From Felis catus (lineage: Eukaryota), in assembly GCF_018350175.1 (NCBI RefSeq), contig NC_058373.1:76260001-76324000 (forward strand): a stretch of 64,000 nt of DNA, written 5' to 3'. A model generated the notes under the pieces. The model saw only the letters and a list, made by a program, of their open reading frames with translations, was not told the DNA's origin and made no database searches. The position numbers were made by a program, and so were the translations under genes. Shown here piece by piece: positions 25,009 through 36,908 of the stretch. How positions within the stretch are numbered: position 1 is the stretch's first letter; the number at the start of each line of letters is the position of its first letter.

Positions 25009-25247
25009 CAATGGTGTGCTGGTAAATGTTTACCAACTGGCCTTTCGAGTAGAAGGAGCCCTGATTTGTAGCATTTGCTGATTTCTCCTTTTTGTTGGAT
25101 CTGTAGCACTTGCTGATTTCTGTGGTGTAAATACTCCAACCATGGCCCATTTCAAGCTCCTGCATCACATCAACAGCTCACAAAATTCATGAAAATTTAA
25201 CAATCAGCTCTCACCAGTCAGTACAGGCTTGGTCCAAAACACTACTG
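25009..25247 (+). mobile_element. MER63-like hAT non-autonomous DNA transposon
   Basis: caatggtgtgctggtaaatgttta start and imperfect terminal inverted repeat ccaaaacactactg. Confidence 0.75.
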
Positions 25248-26449
25248 CCAACAGATGCCAAGCAAAGAAAAGCTCCATTGGAAAAAGTACAGATTGCCAG
25301 CTGAGGGACTCAGTTCTTTAATGGATCAGGTGAAACATGACTCTTGGGAGCCCACAGAGTTATCCAGTGAAAGACACCCAAGTCTCATGCTTTGCTTGGG
25401 AGATAGACGGAGTCCTGGCACACTCATGGTTGAAGAACAGGTCTAGGCTCAAGGTAAGGGGCAGTCTTACAGCTCCTCCATCATTTTCTAACTCCAGACA
25501 TTTGAAATAGGCAATCATTTAAACAGGAAAAAAAAAAGTGGAGCTATACCAACAATAGACACTCTCTGTCCAAAATAACAATACTGATCTCAGCTACTAT
25601 TCTCATGCTGCTAACTAGAACTTTTAGTTTTTTACCTGTCAACAACCTCTGTGGTTACTGGATGCTAAGAATGACAGAAATAAGGAACAGCCAAAGTAAT
25701 TAGTAGAAATAATACACTGAAAGTTTCAACTGACCGCATGCTGAGAATAAAACTCATAATTTACATCCAGAGTATGTAAAATGACTAAACGCAAGCATTT
25801 TCCATATATAAAAGGCTTATATATGCACAGAGGCACAGGATGAAACTTTAATTTTAATAGTGCTTTTTTTCTTGGCTCTAATTAAGCCAATTGTGGATCT
25901 CTTTGTGGGTGCACAGTGACTTTCCTTAGGTAGTTAATTTGAGACTGCGTCTGACTGAGCACAATGGAAATGCAAAAAGGTAAATTAAGATTGGAAAAAC
26001 CTCAGATGACAGAAGAGATTACAAATGTTATTAAAGATTGAGCAGTAGGAGGGGGTAAAGGAAAGCAACTTTTCACAGTTCTTGCATATTTGTGTACTAG
26101 ATTACTCTTGTCATACTGGGAAATATGGTGAATACAGAAAACAGGTGAGGAGAGAGTTTTTGCCTCCTTGTGATTCAATATGATCTTTCCTAAACAGTGA
26201 ATTGCTCTCTCATTCTCTGTCTCTCATGTTTAAAACATGGTCGATAAAGTCCTCTTTACTTTTGGAAATCTTGGCATTATTCCACCCTTTGGAATGCCCA
26301 CCTTGCATCTTTTGCTGGTGTGCTTTTTAGATCTGAACTCATCACAGACTTCCTTTGCCATTATAAGGATTTATGTAGGTACGTTGTATAGGGGCATTTT
26401 AAGAGGTGGTTAGACTTGCAAGGCTTTCAGGTCACAGGTCACACCCATA

Positions 26450-26690
26450 AAGCCTGGGTTTTGGAGCTAGATTGATGGGCTCAGATTATATCTTGGCTTT
26501 GGCTAGCTGCAGAAGCTGAAGCAAGTGACTTAATCTCTGAATTTTCATCCCCCCACCCCCACTTTGTAATTTGATAATAATATGTTGCAATGTAATACTT
26601 GTGACTTAATAGTAAATAATTTTTGTTTAATTATGTAAGTGTCTAGCTCAGTGCCAGAACCAGAGCAATTGCTCAACAACTGTTGAGTAT
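26450..26690 (+). mobile_element. MIR
   Basis: 'tggagctagattgatggg...gcaagtgacttaatctctga...gctcagtgcc...gctcaacaactgtt'. Confidence 0.7.
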
Positions 26691-27287
26691 CCGCCCTTCT
26701 TCTACAAGTGGTCAAAATCCATTTTCCTGTTATCTAGGACACCTTAACCTAAGACTAGCTTCAATTCTGTAACTCCACATTCCTTAACAACTATCAGCAA
26801 TCTTTTAACAATCTATTGCTTTGCATAGATGAGAAGCAAATCTAAGGCAGTGGTCTTCAGATGTGAAAAATGTATCTGAATCACCTGGCGGTGGTGGGGG
26901 CAGGAAGGGGGGAGCGGGAACTTCACAAAATCCTCTCCCTCCACTGCCCAATCTAGGATATCAGTTCTAATGGTTGTTTCCTCAGTGCTCTAAAGAAAGA
27001 ACAAATTATCAACTAAGCAAGGCAATAACTTATCAGATATTTGGTTGGAGGCAGAATGCGGCTTCAACTAATGTCTGACTGTTGGCATCTTTACACAACT
27101 AATAATACAGTTGAGATTACAGAATCACATTACCCCTAAAACTTAGAGAATTTTCTCAGCCTGATGGTTTTCCCTACTTTTATTTTTATTCAGTTATCTC
27201 TAGCTGTCTCTACCTTCTGGTTTATTCTAGGAAATTTTGTATTTTTATGTATTCTCTTTTCCTGTTTATTTAATCTACTTTAAAAGA

Positions 27288-27486
27288 TTTTTTTTTAATG
27301 TTTATTAACTTTTGAGAGAGAGAGAGACAGAGCATGAGCAGGAGAGAGGCAGACACATGTCCGAAGCAGGCTCCACGCTCAGAGCTGTCAGCACAGAGCC
27401 CAACGCAGGGCTCAAACTCACAGACTGTGAGATCATGACCTGAGCCGAAGTCAGGCGCTTAACCGACTGAGCCAACCAGGTGGCCC
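27288..27486 (-). mobile_element. Felid SINEC
   Basis: Antisense SINE; TSD ttaatctacttt. Confidence 0.93.
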
Positions 27487-28299
27487 TACTTAATCTACTT
27501 TTTAAGCAAAATGTTGTATTGAAGTATTTATGGGTCATCCATCCCAACATCAAGAATTGGTGATACCTACCTTACAAGAATATTTAGCGTATTAAATTCA
27601 AAGCACACTTTATAACTTATATTGTATACTGACATTACACCAGTCTGAAGCTATTAGTGTAGCTCTTTTATTCTGTGAAACACTGCTCAGAGCCCCTTTA
27701 TCATTATTTCATGACGTAACCAAGGTCAACCACAAAGTTTTACAAATTTACTTCCTTATATTTCGTCATTAATGCCTTTCTCTCCAATGCGAGTTTAAAA
27801 TTATTTTGATCAGAACAAATAAAATCTTTTTCTAATTCCATTGTTTGGATACCCTAAGTGATAGCCCAGAATATCACTTGTAGCTTCTTGTGCTCTTTTA
27901 AGCATTCTTGTTCATTTCCCAAATGCAGAGCATAAAAATTAAAGAGAAAAATCAAAGTACAGCCTGCCTCCTCCTAAGTTAGATTTCTAACAGGACTTCT
28001 GATTTGCCCAAGGAATAAATGAGAAAAGTTCTCACAGTATCATGTAATCAGCCAAAGGCATGGCTAGTAGTCCATGAGTTTTATAAATTTCACTGGGCTC
28101 TCCATCCAGTATACCTCAGATATGTGCTCAAGGAGTACCACGCTCACCTTTTAACATGTCATTTCAACACTGGAAGCAGCAACCCTTGGGCGCCTCTGCA
28201 GCAAAGGTGTCTGCTGATGTCCATACCTCTTCTATACCTTGGCAAGTCTCTGGGAAAATTCCTTATTTTCGTCTCTGATTCTAAAGAACAGACCAAGTG

Positions 28300-29680
28300 G
28301 CTCAGAACCTTCCTTACGTCAGCCTTGGTGTTCTCTCCAAAAGCCACTTGATACCGGTCTTCATTCTTTACCATCTTTGCCGAGGGTGTGGTTTTCACTT
28401 GGCCTCGCTTCCTGGATTACTTATCCCAAGCTATCTAGAAGAAGTTACTTGTATGTGTTAATAAATAATCTAAGGCATGAAAAACGCTTCTCCCTGCCTT
28501 GACCTGCTTACGTAGCAGCGAGGCTTATTCACATTTACAACATGTTTCATTGTTCCCCACCTGAGGCAGAAATCCCATGAGCCTCTAGCCAATTGGAAGA
28601 TTTGCCTCAGCTGTGCACAATCGGTTGCGTATATTACTCAAATTTTTGCCCCAAAGAGGAAACAGAAATATATTTAAGTCCCCCACCCTCACACATACAA
28701 AAAAAATCACATCTTGTACACTTGTAAAGCGTTTAATGGCAGCCAAACACTGGATCAATTCACTGAGGAAAACCGGGAATTTACCTCTGAAGACTGGTCA
28801 CTTAAAAATAGATAAGATGTTGAGCTATGCAGTTTATCACTGGCACACAGCCTGGAACCTAAAACAGATAATGTTGTGGACAAGTAACACTTCATTAAAA
28901 ATTGAAAATATATTACTCGCATCAGTAGTACGTTCCTTTTGGCTGCTTACACTGGGTGTGTAATCTCTATGACAGTGATCGCGGTGAAGCAGGCCGAGGT
29001 GCATTTTACAGACCAGGGAAATTACATGAGCGGCTGATGATGCTCTCTTCCAAATTATTTATAAGAGAACAATAGCCAGGAATTTGAAGCAATGGTTTGA
29101 AAAGGGCATGTAAGGCTCAGAGGGTAGCCAGACTAGTCATCTCAGACACCTGATTTGCACAAGCTACTAGTCTGAATTAGGTTTCAAGGGAAGCTTTCTG
29201 TTAGTGGCCATCCACTGCCGGAGATGTGATTTTCCTCTGTGCTTTGCTGGGCTAGTGCTTTGGGGTTTCTGTTTGGCATGAGCTACTCTGAAATTAGCCA
29301 GAAAGGGTGCTACAAAGAAAGAGACTTGTACTATGAGCTCAACAACAAAATAAAAACAATAGCAGTGTCTCAGGGCTATTTTCTTAGAGATTTATTGGGC
29401 CTTATTAAATTTGGAACCAGTCAAGAAGAATACAACAGCTGTTGTGAATCTCAAACAAAAGCGAAACAGCCTCTTCTCTGCTTTCCTCCTATGTAGCGTC
29501 CTTGTAAGCCGGTAAACGGTCTGGGCGGGATCTGTCTTACTTTTGTGCTTACCAACTGGAAAGCAGTGTTTACATATACAATGCGATACCAATAAGAATT
29601 ATCCAAGAAATTTGTTTTGATTTACTTCTCATTTCAGGGCATTTAGAAATCGCTGGTATTTTAAAACGCTGAACTGTAAG
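28300..29680. promoter_or_regulatory. Repeat-free CpG-retaining region (candidate promoter or enhancer)
   Basis: More than 20 CpGs counted by eye in AT-rich DNA (atcgcggtg, gccggtaaacggtctgggcggga); AGCCAATTGG near 28587. Confidence 0.4.
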
Positions 29681-30600
29681 GCTTATAAAACCTGATTTCC
29701 ACAAAACCAAAGACTTTGGAGTTGTTTTCTGTACTCTTTCTGCTATTCTCTGCACACCTAAATCTTCACTAAGCAATTCTATGAATTGATTAAAAAAGTG
29801 TAATAGTGATATATAGAAACAGATATTGGTATTAATTTGAGCTTAGGCCTCAGGAAAACTGGAAATAAGCAAGCCCCCCAGTATCTATTTTAGAGAAAGG
29901 CCAGGGTGCCATCTGATTTTGAAATAGTAAAACAAAATAACAACAACAACAACAACAACTTTACAATACAAACTTTAGTTTTGGATATTTTCCTATGTAA
30001 GGAGTATCCAGCAGGTGACCTCATGGCTAAGTGTGAATCGCCTGGGATTTTAGGGAAAAAGTTTTCTTAATTATATTCAGCATATATCAGCTAATAAGGA
30101 TTGATGTTTTTTCAGTAACAAGTTTGAATTGAGTCTATATGAGAGAAATGAGTTGACTTGCTACACGAAGCATCTACAATTGATAAAAAGGGTTGAGAGG
30201 ACTTAATGGATAATTAACATTTACAAGAAGAATGTCAACACAAGAATTAGTATTCTGGGCCAGCATAGGTGACTCACTACTTGCAGTGATGGGAAAGTAA
30301 TCAAGGAGGTGCCTTTGGTTTGAGGTATTAACAAGTAGAAACAATATGTAGAAGTTGGACTGACTGCAATCTTATGGCTATGTCATTTTATCAGCCAAGA
30401 TCTACTCAGAAAACAAAAGTCATACCCATTATTTGAGCTGTGAGATTTAAAGAATTTTTAGCTCAGGTACTGGAAAACTCTAAAGTCAAAAAAGGGAATG
30501 CTAAGGCATCAAGGAGATACTAACAGCAGGAAGCAGCTATTACCCACAGGCTAGGGGAGAAAGAAATGGGGTTAACATTTGTATTAAAAGTTAGGAGCTT

Positions 30601-30849
30601 GGGGTGCCTAGGTGATCCTGACTCTTGATTGTGGCTCAGGTCATGAGCTCACGATCGTGGGATCAAGCCATGCATTGGGCCCCATGCTGATAGCCCAGAG
30701 NNNNNNNNNNNNNNNNNNNNNNNNNNNNNNNNNNNNNNNNNNNNNNNNNNNNNNNNNNNNNNNNNNNNNNNNNNNNNNNNNNNNNNNNNNNNNNNNNNNN
30801 NNNNNNNNNNNNNNNNNNNNNNNNNNNNNNNNNNNNNNNNNNNNNNNNN
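30601..30849 (+). mobile_element. CAN-SINE (3' part in gap)
   Basis: ggggtgcctaggtg...ggctcaggtcatgagctcacg. Confidence 0.8.
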
Positions 30850-31229
30850 GCACCAGAGAGTGGGGATGCAGAGTCTCTGGGGAGCTGGTCTCTGGTCAGC
30901 CAGTATTGGTGTCTCCATTACTCCAAGAAGAGACTCTAGGCAGCTGGCACCCAGCCTGTGAGAAGGATACACTTACCAGATGTTTCTGGTATGTCTGAGA
31001 GGGTTCAATGAGACTTGTTTGGGGGAGTGTCAGAAAAGCAGCAGACTGAAATACCTACTGCTACTAGGAAAAAAATATTGCTTCCAGAGTGAGGAAGCAT
31101 TGCTAGGATAACATGACATGCCCAAGAATAAAATCAGGAATAGAAAACAAACAGGAAGGAATCTGTCCCTTCTGTGTCCTGCAAGCTTCTGGTCTCTCTC
31201 AAGCAGCAGGGAGTCAAATGGTAAAACAA

Positions 31230-31495
31230 GGGAGCACCTGGGTGGGTCAGTCAGTGGAGCCTCTGACTTTGGCTCAGGTCATGGTCTCACAGTTCCTGAG
31301 TTTGAGCCCTGCATCAGGTTCTCTGCTATCAACTCAGGGCCCACTTCAGATCCTCTGTCCCCCTCTGTCTCTGCCCCTCTCCCCACTTGCATGAACTCAC
31401 ACACACACACACACTCTCTCTCTCTCTCTCTCTCTCTCTCGCCTGCTCTCTCTCAAAAATAAATATAAATAGATAAACAAACAAATATTTACAAA
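31230..31495 (+). mobile_element. CAN-SINE with (CA)n(CT)n
   Basis: gggagcacctgggtgg head; TSD-like aaatggtaaaaca / aaacggcaaaaca. Confidence 0.92.
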
Positions 31496-32569
31496 AACGG
31501 CAAAACAAAAATGCAGTTCACAGAGTACCAACCCCAGCCTCCCAAAGCTGCATATGGCCAGGTGGGTTTGATGGTGCAACTTGACCGAGATTCACTGAAC
31601 TGCTTCCCCAAATCAGGCACTTTTTGAACATAGATATTTCTTAGATCTCCAACTTGTTGGCTCACTAGTGGTTCATAAGATTGTATTTTTTACTGATATG
31701 ATAGAGTCATTCAACACGATGAACTTGACACTGCAGGGGTAAATGTAAGAACATTGCTGATTTGTTCCAGGAAGTGAGTGCATTCACACTCAAGTTGTTC
31801 ATGTGGATTGGGCCAATGCCCACTGGAGACTCCATTCACTTCCCCTGCTAAACTTCCCTGTAGTCAATGGAACCATGGTTACTGAAGAACTTCAGAGTTA
31901 TTTACTGGAAATGCAGTCACAAATTCGGGGGAGATTCAAAATCTTTGAGCATGAATCACACTTTAAGTTTCCATGATTGCTTTTGGAGTGTGAACCTCTG
32001 TGTGTGACTGAATTGTCAAGTATCTGCCATATCATTTCAAGATGATTTTATTCTGCCTGTAGAATTATGTCTATCAAAAAGAGTATCCTGCAACTTTGAA
32101 TATAGACAGTATAAGGACAGAAAATTCCAGAACTATTCTGTAATTTCTGGCTATGTATCCACCTTTGGCTCTGTAAAAGTGTGTTCTCTTTTTCAAAAAT
32201 AATGAAACTAAAGCTTATAGCCATCTGGTCATTATCCGAATAAAAAATAAGACATGTCCTCACTTTTATACTCTTAAAATCTTGAGAAAAGTTTACTTGA
32301 TATTAGGTATCAAACAGAATTTTTCTTCTAGTTTTAAAACTTCAGTACAGCCACCGAATTATTTTTATGTATAAACCAAGTAAACCGTTTTTGATAAACT
32401 GTTTTTATGTTATTGTTAAAAAATCTACATATCATATAAATATATGTTATTTATATATAATAGATATCAATAACTATATATAATCTACATATTATATAAA
32501 TATATACAATTATTTATAACTAAATATGTATGTTTAATTTATATATAATGTATGTAAATAGCCAGAATG

Positions 32570-32840
32570 ATGTACAAGTTCGCAGATAATACCAAACCTT
32601 CAAGACTACACATGTTTCAGAATTCAAAAGTTTTCTAATATTAAGAAAGTAGTATGGCACAAATACTGAAATGCCATTTGAATATTCACATTAACTAAGG
32701 TCAATAGACTATAAATAGTCTCATGTCTATGCATATCAAATCAGGACTTATTACCATTTATTACCAGATGAGTTATATGGAAAACTTTAGATTTTTAGGA
32801 CATATAAGGTTTTGGAATTATAAATAAAGAGTTGTATTTA
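32570..32840. mobile_element. Tigger-like (TcMar) DNA transposon relic
   Basis: 'catgtttcagaattcaaaagttttctaatattaagaaagtagtatgg' and 'ttttggaattataaataaagagttgt' resemble Tigger non-autonomous elements. Confidence 0.4.
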
Positions 32841-33034
32841 TGACTACCGTCAAGTAAAATATTAGTATATCCAATCATATAACCACTAAATACGACCTCA
32901 AGAAAACTTCATAAATGTGATTTTTTTTAACAGAGAAGACTTTAGCATGTTTGCATGCAAAAGAAATTAGTTGAGACTCAAAATAAAAAACATAAAAGCA
33001 ATAGGTGTCATAAGAACAAGAAACATAAAGAGAG

Positions 33035-33200
33035 ATCACTTTTTCCCTTTAACCGTCATTTGCTGAGTGACTTCTATACACCAGAATTGTGCCAGATATG
33101 GAAAATACAAAGACAAATAAGACCCAGTTCCTGCCATCAGGGGCCTTTACTCTAGCTGAAGAAATTCAATAGAGTATGAAAAATCATCCTAGAATGGAAA
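33035..33200 (-). mobile_element. L2 3' end
   Basis: 'catttgctgagtgacttctatacaccag...gtgccagatatggaaaatacaaagacaaataagacccagttcctgcc'. Confidence 0.7.
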
Positions 33201-33564
33201 TATATATATGTACAGTAAAACAAAAAAAGGATAAAATAATTGATTCTTTTAAGAAGAAAGAGCCAATATATTTCATTGATAGATGAAATAAATAATTAAT
33301 TTATATTATATATAAATGTATATTATTTATATTATATAAATATATATATAAGTAAATATACAAAAATAAAAATAATTATTTTTCATGTTCGATGTGACAA
33401 CTGAAGGGACAGAGAAGATTATTTTAAGGTAAGAGGAGCAGTTTGAGTCAGTGCACATGGTTGTGAGACAGTGTGTCATGAGAAGCGTAATCAATAGCAT
33501 AGATTGAGTTCTTTTAATATCAATGCAAAACATTTCTGAGTGCCTACTATGTGCTATACTTACA

Positions 33565-33765
33565 CCACACAATATGGTAGCCATTGGGCGCTTCTGTCTA
33601 TGGAGCACTTGAAATGTGACTAGTGTGACCAAATAACTGAACTTTTAATTTTATTTAACTTTCTTTTAAAATATGTTTATTAACTTACTTACAATAACCA
33701 TAATAAACCCATTATATATTAACAAATAACATATTTCTTATCAAAATAACAATATTTTCCAAACC
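33565..33765. mobile_element. MER3/Charlie1-family hAT fragment
   Basis: 'aatatggtagccatt...gagcacttgaaatgtgactagtgtgacc...actgaacttttaattttattt'. Confidence 0.75.
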
Positions 33766-33799
33766 TCTTAGAGATTATTTTTGCCATTCTACTATGATT

Positions 33800-34420
33800 G
33801 AAAAAAAGGAAGGCTGAGGAAGTTTGCTGCCTTGGCATCTACTGGTGGGCCTGATGTGACTGTAATTCAACAAGGATGCCAGCCAGAGAGAAAACTAGAC
33901 ACATAGCGTGGAAAACCTAGGACATATGAAGGCAATTGGAACTCATGAAGACAAACTACAAACCATATCTATCTCTCATCATATCTAACCCCAGTGATGC
34001 AGATGGCAGGTGGATAGAGCTGCACATGTGCCTGGCTCAGGACTCAGAGAAGCTGAAGTAGGAGATCCAACTGGTCCACATCAATGAGATGAACCAGGCT
34101 TCGTGAACTGCAATAGCCCATGGAGACTTGCCCAACCTAGAAAGCTGGGGTCGGCAAATGCATAAAATATGTATTAATAGATACAGAATTTAGAGACCAT
34201 AAAGTAAAACCTTTTAGACTTTTCAGGTCACATGGTTTGTGTTGTGGTCACTCAACTGCATCATTGTAGCGTGAAAATAGCAGAAGATGCTATATAGACA
34301 AGTGTGGCTACACAAATTTGTCTAGTGGTCAATGCTAAACTTGAAACATACAGAGAAAAGAATTCTGGGAAATATAGTTCCACATTAGGTAAGTTGACAT
34401 AGTACAAAATCACCAAGCCA
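33800..34420 (-). mobile_element. MLT2-like ERVL LTR interrupted by a MER58-like hAT (about 34143-34330)
   Basis: 'aattctgggaaatatagttc...aagttgacata' LTR terminus; 'ggggtcggcaaa...actcaactgcatcattgtagcgtgaaaatagcag' is MER58-like. Confidence 0.5.
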
Positions 34421-35041
34421 TATTCTCAAATTTTCTGCAATTATCATGAGTCACTCCTATAATGGGGGTGGGGGGTGGGGAGGACCCGACCCATCAACAC
34501 TATAAAATTGTATCTGTGGTGTACAGATAGACGCTATTTGTGTCTTTATGTCCCAGGGAGATTTGGTAAATGTTAAAGAGAGGACATGTGTCTGGCAGAA
34601 TTGAGGAACTTTCATAAGGAATGTCACAAGAGTAATGAACTCTTCAAAGGACTCTGCCTTTCACAGGATAATTCCTACTGGGATAAACAATTCAAGTGGG
34701 AATCCTTAATTCAAAGATTTTTGGAGAATGATATTTTACCTCATTCTGTCTCATATAATGTGTATAGTTCAGTGTTTTTTAAAAAATAATTTTTTAGTAG
34801 CACAACACTCTCCTCAGATGAAATCTTAATCAGAAGTGGGAATAAATAAAACATAAAGGGGAGCTCCTGTGTGGAAGTGTAAAGAAATAAGGAGATAAAA
34901 GTTGAACACCACCAGTTGAAAGCATACTAGAGATGGGGGAGTATTTGCATTATAAAGGTGGCTATTCACTGCAGGCCTTACCAGTTTTTATTTTTTATAT
35001 AATTAGACTGTTAATACATTAAGGTACATCTAATCATTTTC

Positions 35042-36498
35042 TTTTTTTTTTTTCAGGTTTACCAACACTGTCTTTATTTTTTTTTACAAGTGATTATCTT
35101 CTTTATTATTTTTTATATGAAATTTATTGACAAATTGGTTTTCATACAACACCCAGTGCTCATCCCAAAAGGTGCCCTCCTCAAAACCCATCACCCACCC
35201 TCTCCTCCCTCCCACACCCCATCAACCCTCAGTTTCTTCTCAGTTTTTAACAGTCTCTTATGCTTTGGCTCTCTCCCACTCTAAACTGTTTTTTTTTTTT
35301 TTTCCTTCCCCTCCCCCATGGGTTCCTGTTAAGTTTCTCAGGATCCACATAAGAGTGAAACCATATGGTATCTGTCTTTCTCTGTATGGCTTATTTCACT
35401 TAGCATCACACTCTCCAGTTCCATCCACGTTGCTACAAAAGGCCATATTTCATTTTTTCTCATTGCCACGTAATATTCCATTGTGTATATAAACCACAAT
35501 TTCATTATCCATTCATCAGTTGATGGACATTTAGGCTCTTTCCATAATTTGGCTATTGTTGAGAGTGCTGCTATGAACATTGGGGTACAAGTGGCCCTAT
35601 GCATCAGTACTCCTGTATCCCTTGGATAAATTCCTAGCAGTGCTATTGCTGGGTCATAGGGTAGGTCTATTTTTAATTTTCTGAGGAACCTCCACACTGC
35701 TTTCCAGAGCGGCTGCACCAATTTGCATTCCCACCAACAGTGCAAGAGGGTTCCCGTTTCTCCACATCCTCTCCAGCATCTATAGTCTCCTGATTTGTTC
35801 ATTTTGGCCACTCTGACTGGCGNNNNNNNNNNNNNNNNNNNNNNNNNNNNNNNNNNNNNNNNNNNNNNNNNNNNNNNNNNNNNNNNNNNNNNNNNNNNNN
35901 NNNNNNNNNNNNNNNNNNNNNNNNNNNNNNNNNNNNNNNNNNNNNNNNNNNNNNTCTTCACTGGGTTATTTGTTTTTCGGGTGTGGAGTTTGGTGAGCTC
36001 TTTATAGATTTTGGATACTAGCCCTTTGTCCAATATGTCATTTGCGAATATCTTTTCCCATTCCGTTGGTTGCCTTTTAGTTTTGTTGGTTGTTTCCTTT
36101 GCTGTGCAGAAGCTTTTTATCTTCATAAGGTCCCAGTAATTCACTTTTGCTTTTAATTCCCCTGCCTTTGGGGATGTGTCGAGTAAGAGATTGCTACGGC
36201 TGAGGTCAGAGAGGTCTTTTCCTGCTTTCTCCTCTAAGGTTTTGATGGTTTCCTGTCTCACATTTAGGTCCTTTATCCATTTTGAGTTTATTTTTGTGAA
36301 TGGTGTGAGAAAGTGGTCTAGTTTCAACCTTCTGCATGTTGCTGTCCAGTTCTCCCAGCACCATTTGTTAAAGAGGCTGTCTTTTTTCCATTGGATGTTC
36401 TTTCCTGCTTTGTCAAAGATGAGTTGGCCATATGTTTGTGGGTCTAGTTCTGGGGTTTCTATTCTATTCCATTGGTCTATGTGTCTGTTTTTGTGCCA
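35042..36498 (-). mobile_element. Young felid L1 (L1_Fc-like), 5'-truncated, with 3' transduction
   Basis: ORF2 C-terminus open across the visible sequence (35338-36327; [20 protein letters not shown]); perfect 12-bp TSD ctaatcattttc at 35030-35041 and 36499-36510. Confidence 0.97.
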
Positions 36499-36681
36499 CT
36501 AATCATTTTCATAAGCACCACTTTCAGCCTACGCTGTATACTGACATCTCTTTTGCCAATGAGGGCAAGTAAGAAAAAGCAGGTGAGAGAAAATGGGTAG
36601 CATGACATCAGGGCAAAGGTGATTTAAACAATAAAGATGAAAGTTGTCATATAGTTTTCCCTAATACTAATATTATCTGTT

Positions 36682-36908
36682 GGGGCACCTGGGTGGCTCA
36701 GTCAGTTAAGTGCCCGACTTGGGCTCAGGTCATGATCTCGTGGTTCACAGGTTCCGACCCCACGTCAGGCTCTGTGCTGACAGCTCAGAGCCTGGAGCCT
36801 GCTTTGTGGATTCTGTCTCCCTCTCTCTCTGCCCCTCCCCTGCTCATACTCTGTCTTTCTCTCTCTCTCTCTCTCAAAAATATAAAAAACATTAAAAAAT
36901 TTTTTAAA
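36682..36908 (+). mobile_element. Felid SINEC
   Basis: TSD aatactaatattatct on both sides. Confidence 0.95.

Larger units (their letters stand above)
16112..28434 (-). ncRNA. Candidate spliced lncRNA or small-ORF transcript (putative exons: up to 28148, 22239-22082, 20056-19978, 16320-16112)
   Basis: Co-oriented canonical splice signals in repeat-free DNA downstream of a CpG-retaining region; no continuous long ORF; not recognised as a known gene. Confidence 0.25.
30440..31570. mobile_element. Ancient LTR-like element (LTR78/79-like), split by two SINEs
   Basis: 'aacagcaggaagcagctattaccc...aggctagggga' and 'cagagtaccaaccccagcctcccaaagc...ggtgggtttg' resemble ancient eutherian LTRs. Confidence 0.4.

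Noticed and set aside
32930-32949. U6-like acagagaaga..ttagcatg
   Set aside because: Short gapped match; the flanks do not resemble U6 and there is no TSD or tail.
35338-36327. 329-aa ORF as a host gene
   Set aside because: It is the L1 ORF2 C-terminus in a 5'-truncated insertion and spans an N-gap.
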